Source: Marsupella aquatica (taxonomy: Eukaryota > Plantae > Marchantiophyta). From it: DNA of 64,000 bases. The position numbers were made by a program, and so were the translations under genes. Under the pieces are notes generated by a model. It was not told the DNA's origin. It worked only from the letters and a program-made list of their open reading frames with translations, and ran no database searches. Positions 22,537 through 33,542 of this stretch are shown here, piece after piece. The stretch is from contig OZ316891.1 in NCBI GenBank assembly GCA_973895155.1, forward strand, positions 2,865,801-2,929,800. Reading direction: 5' to 3'. Positions within the stretch are counted from its first letter, which is position 1. Every line of letters begins with the position of its first letter.

Positions 22537-25500
22537 ACGGAGGAGCGGGAGTCAACATCATGACTGAAGAAACGTCAGTCAAGTTAGGATACCTCACGTA
22601 TCAACCCACGGCCCGAGCTATCAGATTAGCAAACGGGGCAAGGGTCCTCCCATTAGGCACGCTCACACGAGTGCTCACTCTGGTGGGAGGGGTAGAGTTC
22701 TATCTCAACTTCTTAGTCATGAGGCCGGTTCGTCCCTCCTCTTATCCGGTTCTTCTGGGCAGGCCGTGGCTGTACGGTGGCCGTGTAGTCACGGATTGGG
22801 GAAAGAAGGAGCTACGGTTCGGGGAACCCACCATACGGGTATCCTGGGCAATGGACGATTATCAGGGAGAAACCCCACAAGGACCCGAGGAATATGATTC
22901 GGAGACCTCGGAGGAAGAGGAACTCAATATGATCGAACTCATCTCGTCCCTATCCGAGGAAGATGTCTTCGGAGTTGAAGCAACCCGAGAAACACATCTC
23001 CTAAATTACCCGAGGGCTGCCATTGAGTCCACCCCAAGTACATCTACTGTCGGGGATGAGGAAACGCACGAACAACTCGTCGAGACGGAGGACACGGCTC
23101 CAGCCAAGCAGGGAGCCGTGGCTACTCCTTCCATTTCAGAGCCTTGTAACCATGAACCAGCCCAACAACCGCCTGAGGCCGAAAACTCGAGACCGAGACA
23201 TAAAAAGCGAGTCTCATGGGATCCGTCCATTCCGCAATTGGAGGAAGTAAACCCCATCCCGAGACCAATCCCGGTCCCACCCATGTACGGAGGGGTTCGG
23301 TTAGCTGAGCTTGACGCGAGCCTGGACCCGAGTCTGCGAAACCAGGTTGAAGTCATCAGGAAGGAGCACTACCGGAAGTACACTATTGGGATGGACAAAT
23401 CTTTTAACCTGGGCCACGCTTTGACGGGGAAGGCTGAAAAAGCCATCCAAGCTTTGCTCAAGGAATATGAAGATGTGTTTGCATGGAGTCATCATGATTT
23501 AACAGGCGTCTCCCCCGAGTTGGGAGAACACACAATCGATCTGAACCTAGGAGCCCATGCGGTACGACAGCGACAACGTCGCATGAATCCGAGGTACTCC
23601 ATCTTAGTGAAGGAGGAAATTGATCGTCTCCTCGCCGCCGATATCATTTACCCGGTAATGGCCAGCGACTGGGTCTCTCCCATTGTCATTGTACCAAAGA
23701 AGGGAGGTACGGATGGAAAACCTAAGATTCGTATCTGTCAGGACTACCGTAAGCTGAATGACGCAACCCGAAAAGACCATTACCCATTACCATTCACGGA
23801 TATGGTTCTAGATATGGTGGCCCGAAATGAAATCTATACATTTCTTGACGGGTATTCAGGTTATAACCAAATCTGGATTCGTCTCGCGGATCAGCTCAAA
23901 ACAACGTTCACTACGGAGTGGGGAACGTTCGCATTTCGGAGGATGCCTTTTGGTCTGTGTAACGCCCCGGCTATGTTTCAGCGCCTTATGATGAATATCT
24001 TCCACGATTTCCTACGGGAATTTTTGGAGATATTTATCGATGACTTTGCCATCTTCGGAACCGTTGCCATGCACCCCGAACACCTACGACGAACGTTGCA
24101 ACGATGCTGAGATGTTAACCTCAAACTACATCCCGCCAAATGCTTCTTCGGGGTAGAGGAGGGGGTGTTACTCGGGCATCGTGTGTCCAAACGGGGCATT
24201 GAGGTGGACCAAGAGAAAGTTGCGGCCTGGATGGCGGTGGTGTTCCCCTTGGATCAAAAAGCAGTACGATCCTTCTTGGGCTGCGTAGGGTATTACCGCC
24301 GGTTCATTAAAGACTTTGCTAAAATTGCGTTGCCCTTAACTGAGATGATGAAGAAGGACGCAGCGGTCGAGGAAACACCCCGGAGATGGATTGCTTTTGA
24401 GGAACTCCGTAAACGACTCACCACCGCGCCTATCATGGTCACCCCAGACTGGAATAAGGAGTTCCACGTGTATGTCGATGTGTCAGAGTTCTGTATCGGA
24501 TCCGTACTTAGTCAGCTAGATGAGGATGGACGTGATCACCCCATCTATTTCGCTAGCCGTCAACTATTTGCAGCCGAAAAGAATTATTCCCCCACTGATC
24601 GAGAAGCTTTGGGAATAATCTACTCGTGTAAAAAGTTCCGACACTATCTGCTAGGCTACAAGGTCATTTTCCACACGGATCATGATAGCCTGAAGTACAT
24701 GGTCAACAAAGCGGATGTGACAGGACGGATAGCCCGGTGGGTGCTACTTCTCCAGGAATTTAATTACGAAGTTCGGGTTCGGCCAGGAAGGGTACACCTC
24801 AATGCCGATTTCTTTTCACGACTGGACGGCGTACCAGTCGATCAGCCAATTGATGATATTTTTCCGGATGAGGAGTTGTTCCACGTAGGGGAAGGGACAC
24901 CAACGTGGTACGGCTCAATAATCACCTTCCTTTTAACGGGCCGCATCCCTGACGGCATCAATCAGGAGGCCGCCGCTGTGTTTTTACGGAAAGCCGGGCC
25001 TTACGTCATGATACAGGGTCACCTACATAAGGAAGGTATTAACGGAAAGTTACGACGCTGCTTAGAGTATAAGGAGACACTTATCGTGATACGGGCCTTG
25101 CATGAAGAAGAAGCTGGAGGCCATTTCGCGGCAGTTACGACAGCCCGAAAGATTCTGGACTCGGGGTATTGGTGGCCTACGTTGCATCGGGATGTACAGC
25201 GCTTCATTAAGGGCTGTGACTTGTGTCAGCGAGCGGGGGCCCCGAGGCGGGCTCATCATCACCCGCTCACATCTGTGCTTCCATTGGCACCATTCGAAAA
25301 ATGGGGAATTGATTATATCGGACCGTTCACTCCCGTTACCCGAAGGCGAAGGTGCAGGTACATCCTATTAGCTATTGATTACTCCACCAAATGGGTCGAA
25401 GCGCGGGCTACGGTAAAGGACGACGCCGCAACCAGTGCCAGATTCTTATACGAACAGATTTTCACCCGATTCGGACCGCCCTTAGAATTGGTAAGCGACC

Positions 25501-26246
25501 GTGGAACCCACTTCCTCAATGACACCGTAGCCCAGCTTACGGAGCGTTACCTAGTCAAGCACCGCAAGACTACCCCATATCATCCTAAAGCCAACGGGAT
25601 GGCGGAGAGAGCAAATGGTATCATTGGGAAGATCCTCAACAAAACTGTAGCTGCGCATAAAACGGATTGGGATGATAAGTTGTACGCGGCGGTGTACTCG
25701 TATAATCTAGCTTACAAAACTACTACGAGTCATAGCCCGTACTTTCTGGTGTTCGGCCAACATTCGTTGGTGCCCGTCGAATTTGAAGTGCACACTCCAC
25801 GGGTCAGCATTCGGGATCGCTTACCTGAATCTGAAAGTCTGTCAGACCGAGCTTATCAGATTGAAGCCTTGGAAGAAGCACGGCTACTGGCAGCTCGACA
25901 CACCGTGAAGAAACAGGCAACTTCGAAGAAGCAGCACGACAAAGGACTACGGAGGGTCGACGTCGTGGCAGGCGATCTAGTCCTTCTGTACGATAGTAGG
26001 TACATGCAGTTTCCAGGGAAGCTGCATACCCGGTGGTTGGGGCCCTTCCTTGTCAATCAGATCTACCGAAACGGATCTTTGGAGCTTGCGACGTATGCCG
26101 GCGATTTACTCCCCATGCGAATCAGCTACGATCGTGTAAAAAAGTACCACCATCAAGATGACGACGCCGATAGCGATGTTCGCGAGGACGCTTCACAATT
26201 AAGCAGGGAGCTATGTGACGCCGCCGGTATGGCGGTTAATGAGTGA
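22485..26246 (+). pseudogene. pol: Gypsy Pol (PR-RT-RNase H-INT) with one in-frame TGA (24108-24110); stop codon lies inside the 3' LTR
   Basis: LVDGGAGVNIM; DHYPLP, LDGYSGYNQI, PFGLCNAP, FIDD; YVDVS...DREALG...TDH; HEEEAGGH...CDLC, DYIGP, SDRG, NGMAER, WLGPF. Confidence 0.95.
26200..26213 (+). promoter_or_regulatory. Putative polypurine tract (aagcagggag) overlapping the integrase C-terminus
   Basis: Short purine-rich run immediately before the 3' LTR TG. Confidence 0.5.
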
Positions 26247-29200
26247 TTCAGTCTAACTGCGCTCGGCACGCGCGTTAGGTGGGTCTTAGGCCGCTATTAT
26301 TAGCCTAACGATAGTATTTAGGTAATCATTAGGGGTAGGACATCATTAGGCAATAAGGGGGACTTCAGGTTCGGGCTGGCGGCGGGTCGCTATTCGCACA
26401 CCCGGGTTATGAGCATGGAGGGGCCCCTCCCTCGGGTCCGTATAACGAACTTAAGGAAGCGGCCACTGACGCACGCTGACTCAGACCGGCGGAGTGGCCG
26501 GTACACCACAAGCGTGAGCAGTTTAACCTATGGGCGTCGAGGAGACGTCGGGGATCGACAAGCCCTCAAAGTATAAAAGGGGAGCCAACCCTTTGTAGTG
26601 CACCAGTCCATCAGTCTGCGCGCCAGCTTCGACCCCAGCTCTCTCGTTCTCTCTAGGTCGCCACTACTATCTCCTCTGAATGTCGCACACGATCCTCTCC
26701 AGCTCGGCCATTCGATTCTGGACGCAGTTCCTATCTACCGGAAGGCACTTGGCCGATTCATTGAAACACGCCAACCCGCGCCGATACGAGATCGAACGCG
26801 AATACGAGAGAGCCATCCGCCTAGCAGGACGACACCACTACGTCCTTAACTTTGACTACCCGTCTCAGAGCGAGCTTTACCGACCAACTGAGGTATCTGG
26901 GTACTTCTTTGACGGAGACAAATATATCGGGTTCTGGGAAGAATTGCTTCGGCTTCCGGACGAGGTCTTCAATATCCCGGGTACAATCGACCTGCAGCGA
27001 CATCACTTCGACCACATCCCTGCCCAGGTTCGGGCAGTCATTAACGGCGAGTCCAGTACCAACCGTTCGACAAGGGCGTCCGCACTCGCTTCGGAGAACT
27101 TCTACCAGCACCTACAGAGCTTCATGGGAACTCGGCCATCAACCAACATGACCAACTCAGCCGGACCCGTACCCGTACCCGTGCCCATGCAACCTCAGCT
27201 TCAGCTTCAGCCTCAGCCGCAGCCTAGCCAAACCCCACCACCTATCACCCAGCCAGCACAGGTACGCTCCGTCATCAACGCTGTGGATCTTAGCGATGAC
27301 GACGAGGCTACCCCACCCTTGACCAGGCGGCCCAGAGGAACAAGCGCTCGGGGGGCCGACACTATATCGTCCCCACCCCCTGCTCTGACCCCAGGAGCGG
27401 CCCCAGCAGACAACATGGTGACCGTGGCCGCCCCGGGCCCGTTACCAACCGCAGTGGCACTCCCCAGGCCCGATCGGGAGGATGGGGAAGTATCACCTTC
27501 CCCGAGTCAGTCACGGGGAAAGAAGAGGAAGGAATCCGCCAGTGCATCCGGGTTACCGTTGGCCACGGTAGCCGTAGCCAAGGTAACGATGCATCGCATG
27601 GGGGAAAACGTTCACAGCAACATCCTCCATCCCAAGCATGCGGTGTACCTGAAGACTCAGGGATTTGAGCACCTCGCCTCTCTCCCCTGGAACACTTGCA
27701 GGTACTACGGGGAGGACATGACAGAATTCGTCAAGAATTATGACGACGTACGTCAACAGACTCGGCTGCGGGGAAGGAATATGTCCCTCACAGAAGAACG
27801 GCTCAAGATGATCTTCGGGTTACCCGAAGGTGACCATCGAGTCGAATCACGGGCTCCCGGGGGCAAGGGGGCCAAGTACCAATCTTCAAGTTTTCCCTCA
27901 GAGGGATCAGTAGACAACGGGTTCGTGATGAGGACCTGCCTCATGCCCGAGATAGCTGAGCGGCTGGAGTTCCAGAGGTACGCTCTCCACATGATGGAAC
28001 CCCGGGGGGAGATCTCCGCCGCCCAGGTCATCCAGGTCGAGAACTATCGACCTAGGAAGTGGGCGTCGTACTTCGCTAAGAAATTCCATGAAGAGATGGA
28101 GCGGCGAAGGAAGACGCTGTACATTGGCGGGAAGGCGTATTTCGCTAGCCACATCGAAATCATTCTTGAGTGGTACGCCCGGTTTGATCGACGAACCCTT
28201 CCCCGCATCAACGTTACAAAGCTGGTCCCAGCTAGGTGGGTTTTTCCGGCATTGGAGAGACGGCCCCAACCCGAGGCCCGAAGTCCAGTGGACACGCCAG
28301 CTTCACCCACCCCACCTCCACAAATAGCTGTAATCGTAACCGAGGAGGCGCCGGAGGGGTCGGTCGTCGCAACCGTTGATGCGACCCAACTAGCTGGGCT
28401 AAGTACAGAAGTTGGTACGGCAGAGGTCTTACCCAAACCCGGGTCTCCCAAGGACCCGCCGGTGGCAATTCCGGAGAACCGGACATCGCTGCAGGAGGAT
28501 ACTCCGGCCCCTTCCAACGTTATGTCCCCAGGGCTGGACGTCACTGCCCCGGCCCCTGCGCGTGTTGATGTCTGCCCATGCCCAAATCCGGACAGGCACA
28601 ACTTGGACCACCCTGAACTCTTCGTACAGGGTACGTTTCTGAACGGGCTGCTGGGAGATTTCTCTCATCAAATTGCCCGGGATACCGGGGAGTTCATGGC
28701 TCGGAAGGTAGCCTGTTTCTTCAATCAGGAGTTGGTTGCCGCCGTAAAGGCAGGGCGGGCCCAGTCGGAGGCCCTTCAGAGGATAGAGCGGTACCGGGTG
28801 GAGTCCGTGTACCTAAAGAACGAAGTGGCGGCTCAAGAGGCTGAGCTTCTGCAACTACGACCCAAGGTTGCAGCCGCCGATGAGTTGTTAGCAAAGGCGT
28901 ACGCTCTTACCGCCCTAGCCGAACAGGCCAAAGCTAGGAACGAGGCCGAGATTACACGACTCCGGAACCAGATTGACAGTTTGAAGAAACAAGCTGTCAC
29001 CTGGCAGAAAGACCTGGAGGAGGCCGAGGAGCGAGCCCAGCGGGACGCGACGGAGATAGCCACGCTGCAGGCCGAGATGGCGCGGCTCCAAACCGAGGCC
29101 GAGAAGCAGGACCAGCTGGCGAGTAAACTGGCGAGCGACGCCCAGCAGCTGGAGGAGGCATGTCAGGAGGCAGCAGAGGAGATGGACGCGGCGAGGCGAG

Positions 29201-30214
29201 AGAACGAATCTCTGCTGGACCAGGTCCAGCTCCTCAAAGCGGACAATGACAGGCTTCGAAGGCAGCGGGATGGCCGTTCCCATTCGGGCGGCTCTGGCAA
29301 GCGTGTCAGGCATTAGCGGCGGAGTAGGAATAGATTAGGATTAGGATTGGCTTAGTCAGGCTCTTGGGACAGGCACCTGCCTTAGGTACGGCAGCGCTGC
29401 CCTGCTGTCCAGCCTGCGTAGATTAGGATCTTCTAATAAGACATAGCCGTTTTCCGGCCTGACTGTCAGCTTAGTTAGGACCTTGGTCAGCGAATCTTCG
29501 GCGGGAGGACACCCCGTTCCTTGGCTCTTAGTATTTAGTGCACCCCTTGGTAGAGGCAGGGGGGTTTTTAGTTTCAGAGTCGGACATCCGCGGGACATGC
29601 GGGGAGTCCCGACCTCTGGGAATGACAGAGTACCAAGGGGAGGGGGTAGGACTAAGCTTGCCGGGCGAGTGCGGAGCCGGGCTCCGTTGTAGTGTGCACC
29701 CTTGGCCTTGAACATGTGCATTCCAGGGCTGTCGTGTCAACTAAGTGTATGCATATGTTCCCTTTGTAGTAAAAATCCTTTCCCATCATTTTTCCTTCGT
29801 GTAAATCGAGATTGTATGCATGTGTGCGCATATGTGTGTGGGTTTCTCGTATATGGGTGGCAGCGCCGGGCCGAACGCACTACCCGAGACGTGCACAGGG
29901 TGCAGCCTGCGGGTAAGTGGTTGCGAGCACGGGTTGAGGACCTGTATCATCGAATCCGGATCGAAGGCGGACAGCACGAAGGCTTAGAAGCCCTTAAGCC
30001 GGGGTCGATCCTGCTATCGACTAGGGTACGTTCCGGCGGCGGAACACAAACCATACCTAGGAGGTGTCCGTATTTAGCAGTATGCGCACTTAGCGCTAGT
30101 TTACGAGAATAAGGTGCATTACGTGCTTCCCTTCCTGCCCGAACCCTCAGATTTACGAGGGATGTGCCCGTCTAAGCTGAAGTCTGAGTTAAGGCCGAAG
30201 CCTACGACGTGACA
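26214..30214 (+). repeat. 3' LTR (4001 bp)
   Basis: Near-identical to the 5' LTR; 6-bp and 1-bp indels. Confidence 0.97.
26680..29316 (+). CDS. Second copy of the LTR-encoded protein (878 aa), intact
   Basis: About 14 amino-acid substitutions and a 2-aa deletion relative to 16589-19231. Confidence 0.9.
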   Translation: MSHTILSSSAIRFWTQFLSTGRHLADSLKHANPRRYEIEREYERAIRLAGRHHYVLNFDYPSQSELYRPTEVSGYFFDGDKYIGFWEELLRLPDEVFNIPGTIDLQRHHFDHIPAQVRAVINGESSTNRSTRASALASENFYQHLQSFMGTRPSTNMTNSAGPVPVPVPMQPQLQLQPQPQPSQTPPPITQPAQVRSVINAVDLSDDDEATPPLTRRPRGTSARGADTISSPPPALTPGAAPADNMVTVAAPGPLPTAVALPRPDREDGEVSPSPSQSRGKKRKESASASGLPLATVAVAKVTMHRMGENVHSNILHPKHAVYLKTQGFEHLASLPWNTCRYYGEDMTEFVKNYDDVRQQTRLRGRNMSLTEERLKMIFGLPEGDHRVESRAPGGKGAKYQSSSFPSEGSVDNGFVMRTCLMPEIAERLEFQRYALHMMEPRGEISAAQVIQVENYRPRKWASYFAKKFHEEMERRRKTLYIGGKAYFASHIEIILEWYARFDRRTLPRINVTKLVPARWVFPALERRPQPEARSPVDTPASPTPPPQIAVIVTEEAPEGSVVATVDATQLAGLSTEVGTAEVLPKPGSPKDPPVAIPENRTSLQEDTPAPSNVMSPGLDVTAPAPARVDVCPCPNPDRHNLDHPELFVQGTFLNGLLGDFSHQIARDTGEFMARKVACFFNQELVAAVKAGRAQSEALQRIERYRVESVYLKNEVAAQEAELLQLRPKVAAADELLAKAYALTALAEQAKARNEAEITRLRNQIDSLKKQAVTWQKDLEEAEERAQRDATEIATLQAEMARLQTEAEKQDQLASKLASDAQQLEEACQEAAEEMDAARRENESLLDQVQLLKADNDRLRRQRDGRSHSGGSGKRVRH

Positions 30215-32475
30215 ATGTGTGAACGGTTGAAGTCATTAGAGTGTGGACTCCCTCGAGTGGAAAGTAAATTGGCTGATCGTTTGGATATTGTGGAGGCATC
30301 TGTGGCGAACCTTCTTGCATCAGTGGAATCTAATTTCAAGCTTGTGATTGAAAAATTGGGTGGTTCCCAACCAAACAATGAGGGCAACATTGTACAAAGT
30401 GTGCCCTTGTTAACAAAAAAGGGAATTGGCAAATCTGACACAGGTATGGAAATGACACCGGCCCATTGTTCATTGTGTCCTATGTTCAAATGTTAGAAGT
30501 AAGTTTTCATGAATTGAGTGAATGGTTTGAATGCAGGAAGAGTGGAGGCAGAGAAGGACCCTGTAATCAGTAAGCAGAAGGGCAAGAAGGTTGCTGAGAC
30601 AGGTAACCTGCTATGATCCAGTACATTACATTTGAAAAGTGCATGGAGTTTTGTGAAGCTTAAGCCGGTTGGAGGTAATCTTTTCTGTAAGAACTGGTTG
30701 GATCAACTGGGATCTGAAGTGACATCATGATTGATGTATCAGGTGATTCAAAGAGCAATAATGAAGAAGATGTGCCCAGTGCCTCAATGACCATAGCCAA
30801 GGAGGTATCAGGTAAGTTGATGCTTTAAATTCCTCTATATGAATGTTGAGCAACAATTCAGTGGTTAATAGATTCAACCTGAATATTGTGGTGTGTTTAT
30901 TGATCAACAGAAGCAGACATGGAGCATATGGCAATGGCAAAGAAGGGGAAGAAGGCTGTTCATAATGGTAAGGAGATAGTGACAACTTTGTGGTTGGTGA
31001 CATGTACATTTAGCACATGTGATGAGTGATTGACTTATGTTGGACATGACACTGAATTGTAGTTGATGCAGAGTTGACAGACTCTCAACCAAGTGGGAGT
31101 AGGGTGAAGCGACGTCGAAACTTGGGAGCAACATTGGATGCAAGTAAGATTGTAGATGCTTCAATTGAAGCAAGTACAATGTTGGTAGATACTGAGATGA
31201 TGTCGCAGGGAAATCCTGCTACACAATCAGAAGTGTCAAATATGGATGCAGATTCTTTGAAGAAGAGTGTAGCCAATTCTCGATCACCAGCACAAAACAC
31301 TCGTGCCAAAGTCATGACTCGCAACCAAGGTATGAATAATGTCATGTGTAAGCCACCCAGGAAAGCCAAGAAAAACAGCCAGGGTAAGGTGGAGGTGATA
31401 GCCACAGCAGAGCCAGTCCATAATCTTCTATCATGGGAGGATGACTCGCAGGTATGTGTGGGTACAGGCATTTTGCGACCGGATCATGCAAAATTCCATG
31501 GCAAAGTGGTCCCGGATGACCATGTAGTAGTGTTGTTGACTACAGTGATTGTATCTGATTGTAATTTGCCATTTCCGAATAGAGACGATGATCCACCTCA
31601 GGAAATAATTGCAGATGCAGTAGGATCTCTTGTGCTCTGGCCATCAGAGTGTGTTAGTCTGCAATGACTGAATGCAAGTGTAGATAGCATCATGTGAATT
31701 GTGTCACATTTTGACATTGCCTTGGAAAGATCCAAGAAATATCTGTACCAATTTTTCCATTTGGTAAAGAGGATGAAGGAGACGTTGTGTATGACATTGA
31801 TATTTCTGAATTCTGTATGTATGAAACAAGTGATTGATGTCAAACTATGGCTCTATGGTGATTGTCTATGATACTTGAATCTATTTTATCATTTCAGTAT
31901 TAGTGTGTATGGTATAGAGGAATACTTTGTGACCTTCTTTGTAGTCTATGAAGTTTGAATCTATGAATTCATATTAGTGTACATGGTATAGAAGATGGCT
32001 TTCTGAAACTATGTATTCTAATGTTAACATGATGAATGGTGAACTTATAGAGTGAGTTCATTCCAAGTACACAATAAAACATGAATGCAATATGTTATTT
32101 GTGCACAAGAGTGGGTTCATTCCAAGTAGTATAGTGGGGTCTTCATCACTCATATCCAGTTGACATGAAAGACTTATACATACCCCACAAAGTATATTTA
32201 AAGACTACCCTCCATAACCTTTTTAGTCGTTCCCAACGACTCATCATCGCAGCCCATAAAAGACTAAAAACGACTCACCAAAGCTACCCACACAAAGACT
32301 AAAATAGACTGAAAATCCAGTCTATTAAACGACTTATAAACCAGTTCTATAAAGGACTCAGTTGATTATAGTAACAAAACATACGACTCACAGTCCTATA
32401 AAGGACTAGAGTCCTTCCCAGTCGTTTCCAAGTCCTATACGGTACTGAATAGTCGTTTAATGGGGTCTAAATACC

Positions 32476-32493
32476 CCCCGGTTTCTACTAGTG
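32476..32493 (-). repeat. CACTA right TIR
   Basis: CCCCGGTTTCTACTAGTG followed by the ATG TSD. Confidence 0.97.
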
Positions 32494-33078
32494 ATGGGAC
32501 CTTAGGGAATAAGGTTTCTTTGGGAATATAGGGGTGGGGTGTCCTTTGGCCCGGATAGCAAAGGAATAGGAGAGCCATCATGAATCCAGGAGAGAGAGTT
32601 ATCCCTGATCTTCCCCTTCGTAATCCGTTTTTGATTAGAGTCCATCTTTTAGATAAACCATCTATGAGGCAACATCTAACCTATCATTTTGGAGCTCAGT
32701 TTGCAACTGTTGTTATGGTTTCTAACGAGCCAATAATATACCTAGTGGTGTCGTACCGAGAGGAGTGGGAGTGCATCATCTTTGTCCTTTATTGAAGTCA
32801 TGGATCTGAATAGGAGTCCGGATGATATTCCTGTTTCATTTTCTCTTGGAGATATTAGGATCATATGTCGTAAAAAAACTAATTTTCGCGATGTGTTGGT
32901 CCGCAAGTATGGTGAAGTAGGGTTTAACAGTATTTTAGTTTCACCTGAACCTTTCTTAATACCCACTACCCTTGTTACTAGAATTATCATTTTGATTTTA
33001 GTGTAGAACTTATGAGCATGCAAGGTTAACTTCAAAAGAGCCAACATGCTCTTGCCAGAAAACACGGTCACCCAGACA

Positions 33079-33458
33079 GCGGTAAGGAGCTTAGTAGAAG
33101 CAAGGCCTTATCCTCATCTTCAACTCCTTTTCCCAGGTTTGACAGATCCACCGCTAGACTGTCAAACTCATCCAGGTGATCCTGCATCTTGCTCCCTTCC
33201 TTGAGCCTGAGGCTCATCAAGAGAGACTTCTTGTATAGCCGATCTGACGCATCTTCCCGGTAGTACTTCTCTCTTAGAGCCTTGAACAGTGATGTGCAAT
33301 CCGTATAATCATCCAGCTGCTTGATGATGTGCGGCTTGAGATATAGCATCACTGCATTGACAGCAATCACCTGCTCCACTTAGCCCTTCCCAGAGCAAGT
33401 AATCAGTATGACCATCGTACTTCTCCACCTTAAACTTCACTCCTCCAAATCTAGCCAT
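33079..33458 (-). pseudogene. gag: Copia gag N-terminal part (UBN2-like), frameshifted
   Basis: MARFGGVKFKVEKYDGHTDYLLW...LRLKEGSKMQDHLDEFDSLAVDL...EDEDKALLLLSSLP. Confidence 0.9.
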
Positions 33459-33542
33459 CTCCCTCTTGTTCTCCACTACCAATAGCTCTAGTAGTAACAC
33501 AACTTCCTCCACTGCACGCCGCAACGGTGAATGTACCAGTGA

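Larger units (their letters stand above)
16123..30214 (+). mobile_element. Full-length Ty3/Gypsy LTR retrotransposon (non-chromovirus, Athila/OTA-like RT) with ~4-kb ORF-bearing LTRs
   Basis: TGTGACG...CGTGACA LTRs; perfect 5-bp TSD ATGTG (16118-16122, 30215-30219); gag-PR-RT-RH-INT order; no chromodomain or second RNase H seen. Confidence 0.97.
14399..31667 (+). pseudogene. CACTA TnpA-like multi-exon gene interrupted by the Gypsy element
   Basis: RGG repeats; Ptta/En/Spm-like block (RHRLKRMW...PPPSLELDQWTRLI...SELMSNARGKV...AGRGSY); C-terminal FHGKVVPDDHVVV...LPFPN...DAVGSLVLWP domain. Removing the Gypsy restores GTVTTLTEM|CERLKSLE. Early TAA at ~14459. Confidence 0.85.
1418..32493 (+). mobile_element. 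CACTA (En/Spm) DNA transposon, ~17 kb without the nested Gypsy, with cargo genes
   Basis: Perfect 18-bp TIRs CACTAGTAGAAACCGGGG; 3-bp TSD ATG (1415-1417, 32494-32496); subterminal GACT-core repeats at both ends; TnpD- and TnpA-like genes. Confidence 0.97.
824..33078. mobile_element. Solo LTR (~1.18 kb: 824-1417 plus 32497-33078) inserted in Copia gag and split by the CACTA element
   Basis: TGTC...GACA ends; flanks GCGA (820-823) and GCGG (33079-33082), a 4-bp TSD with one mismatch that restores the gag frame; TATAAAT near 1274; the motif GTGGGGYGTCCTTTGGCCCGGATAGCAAAGGAAT occurs in both halves. Confidence 0.8.

Noticed and set aside
16123-30214. Segmental duplication or assembly artefact explaining the 4-kb repeat
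   Set aside because: TG...CA ends, a perfect TSD, PBS/PPT positions, ~1% divergence and an independent solo copy with the same ends show real LTRs.
1364-32567. 34-bp direct repeat on both sides of the CACTA as a long TSD
   Set aside because: It does not abut the TIRs; the true TSD is ATG, and this is an internal repeat of the host LTR.
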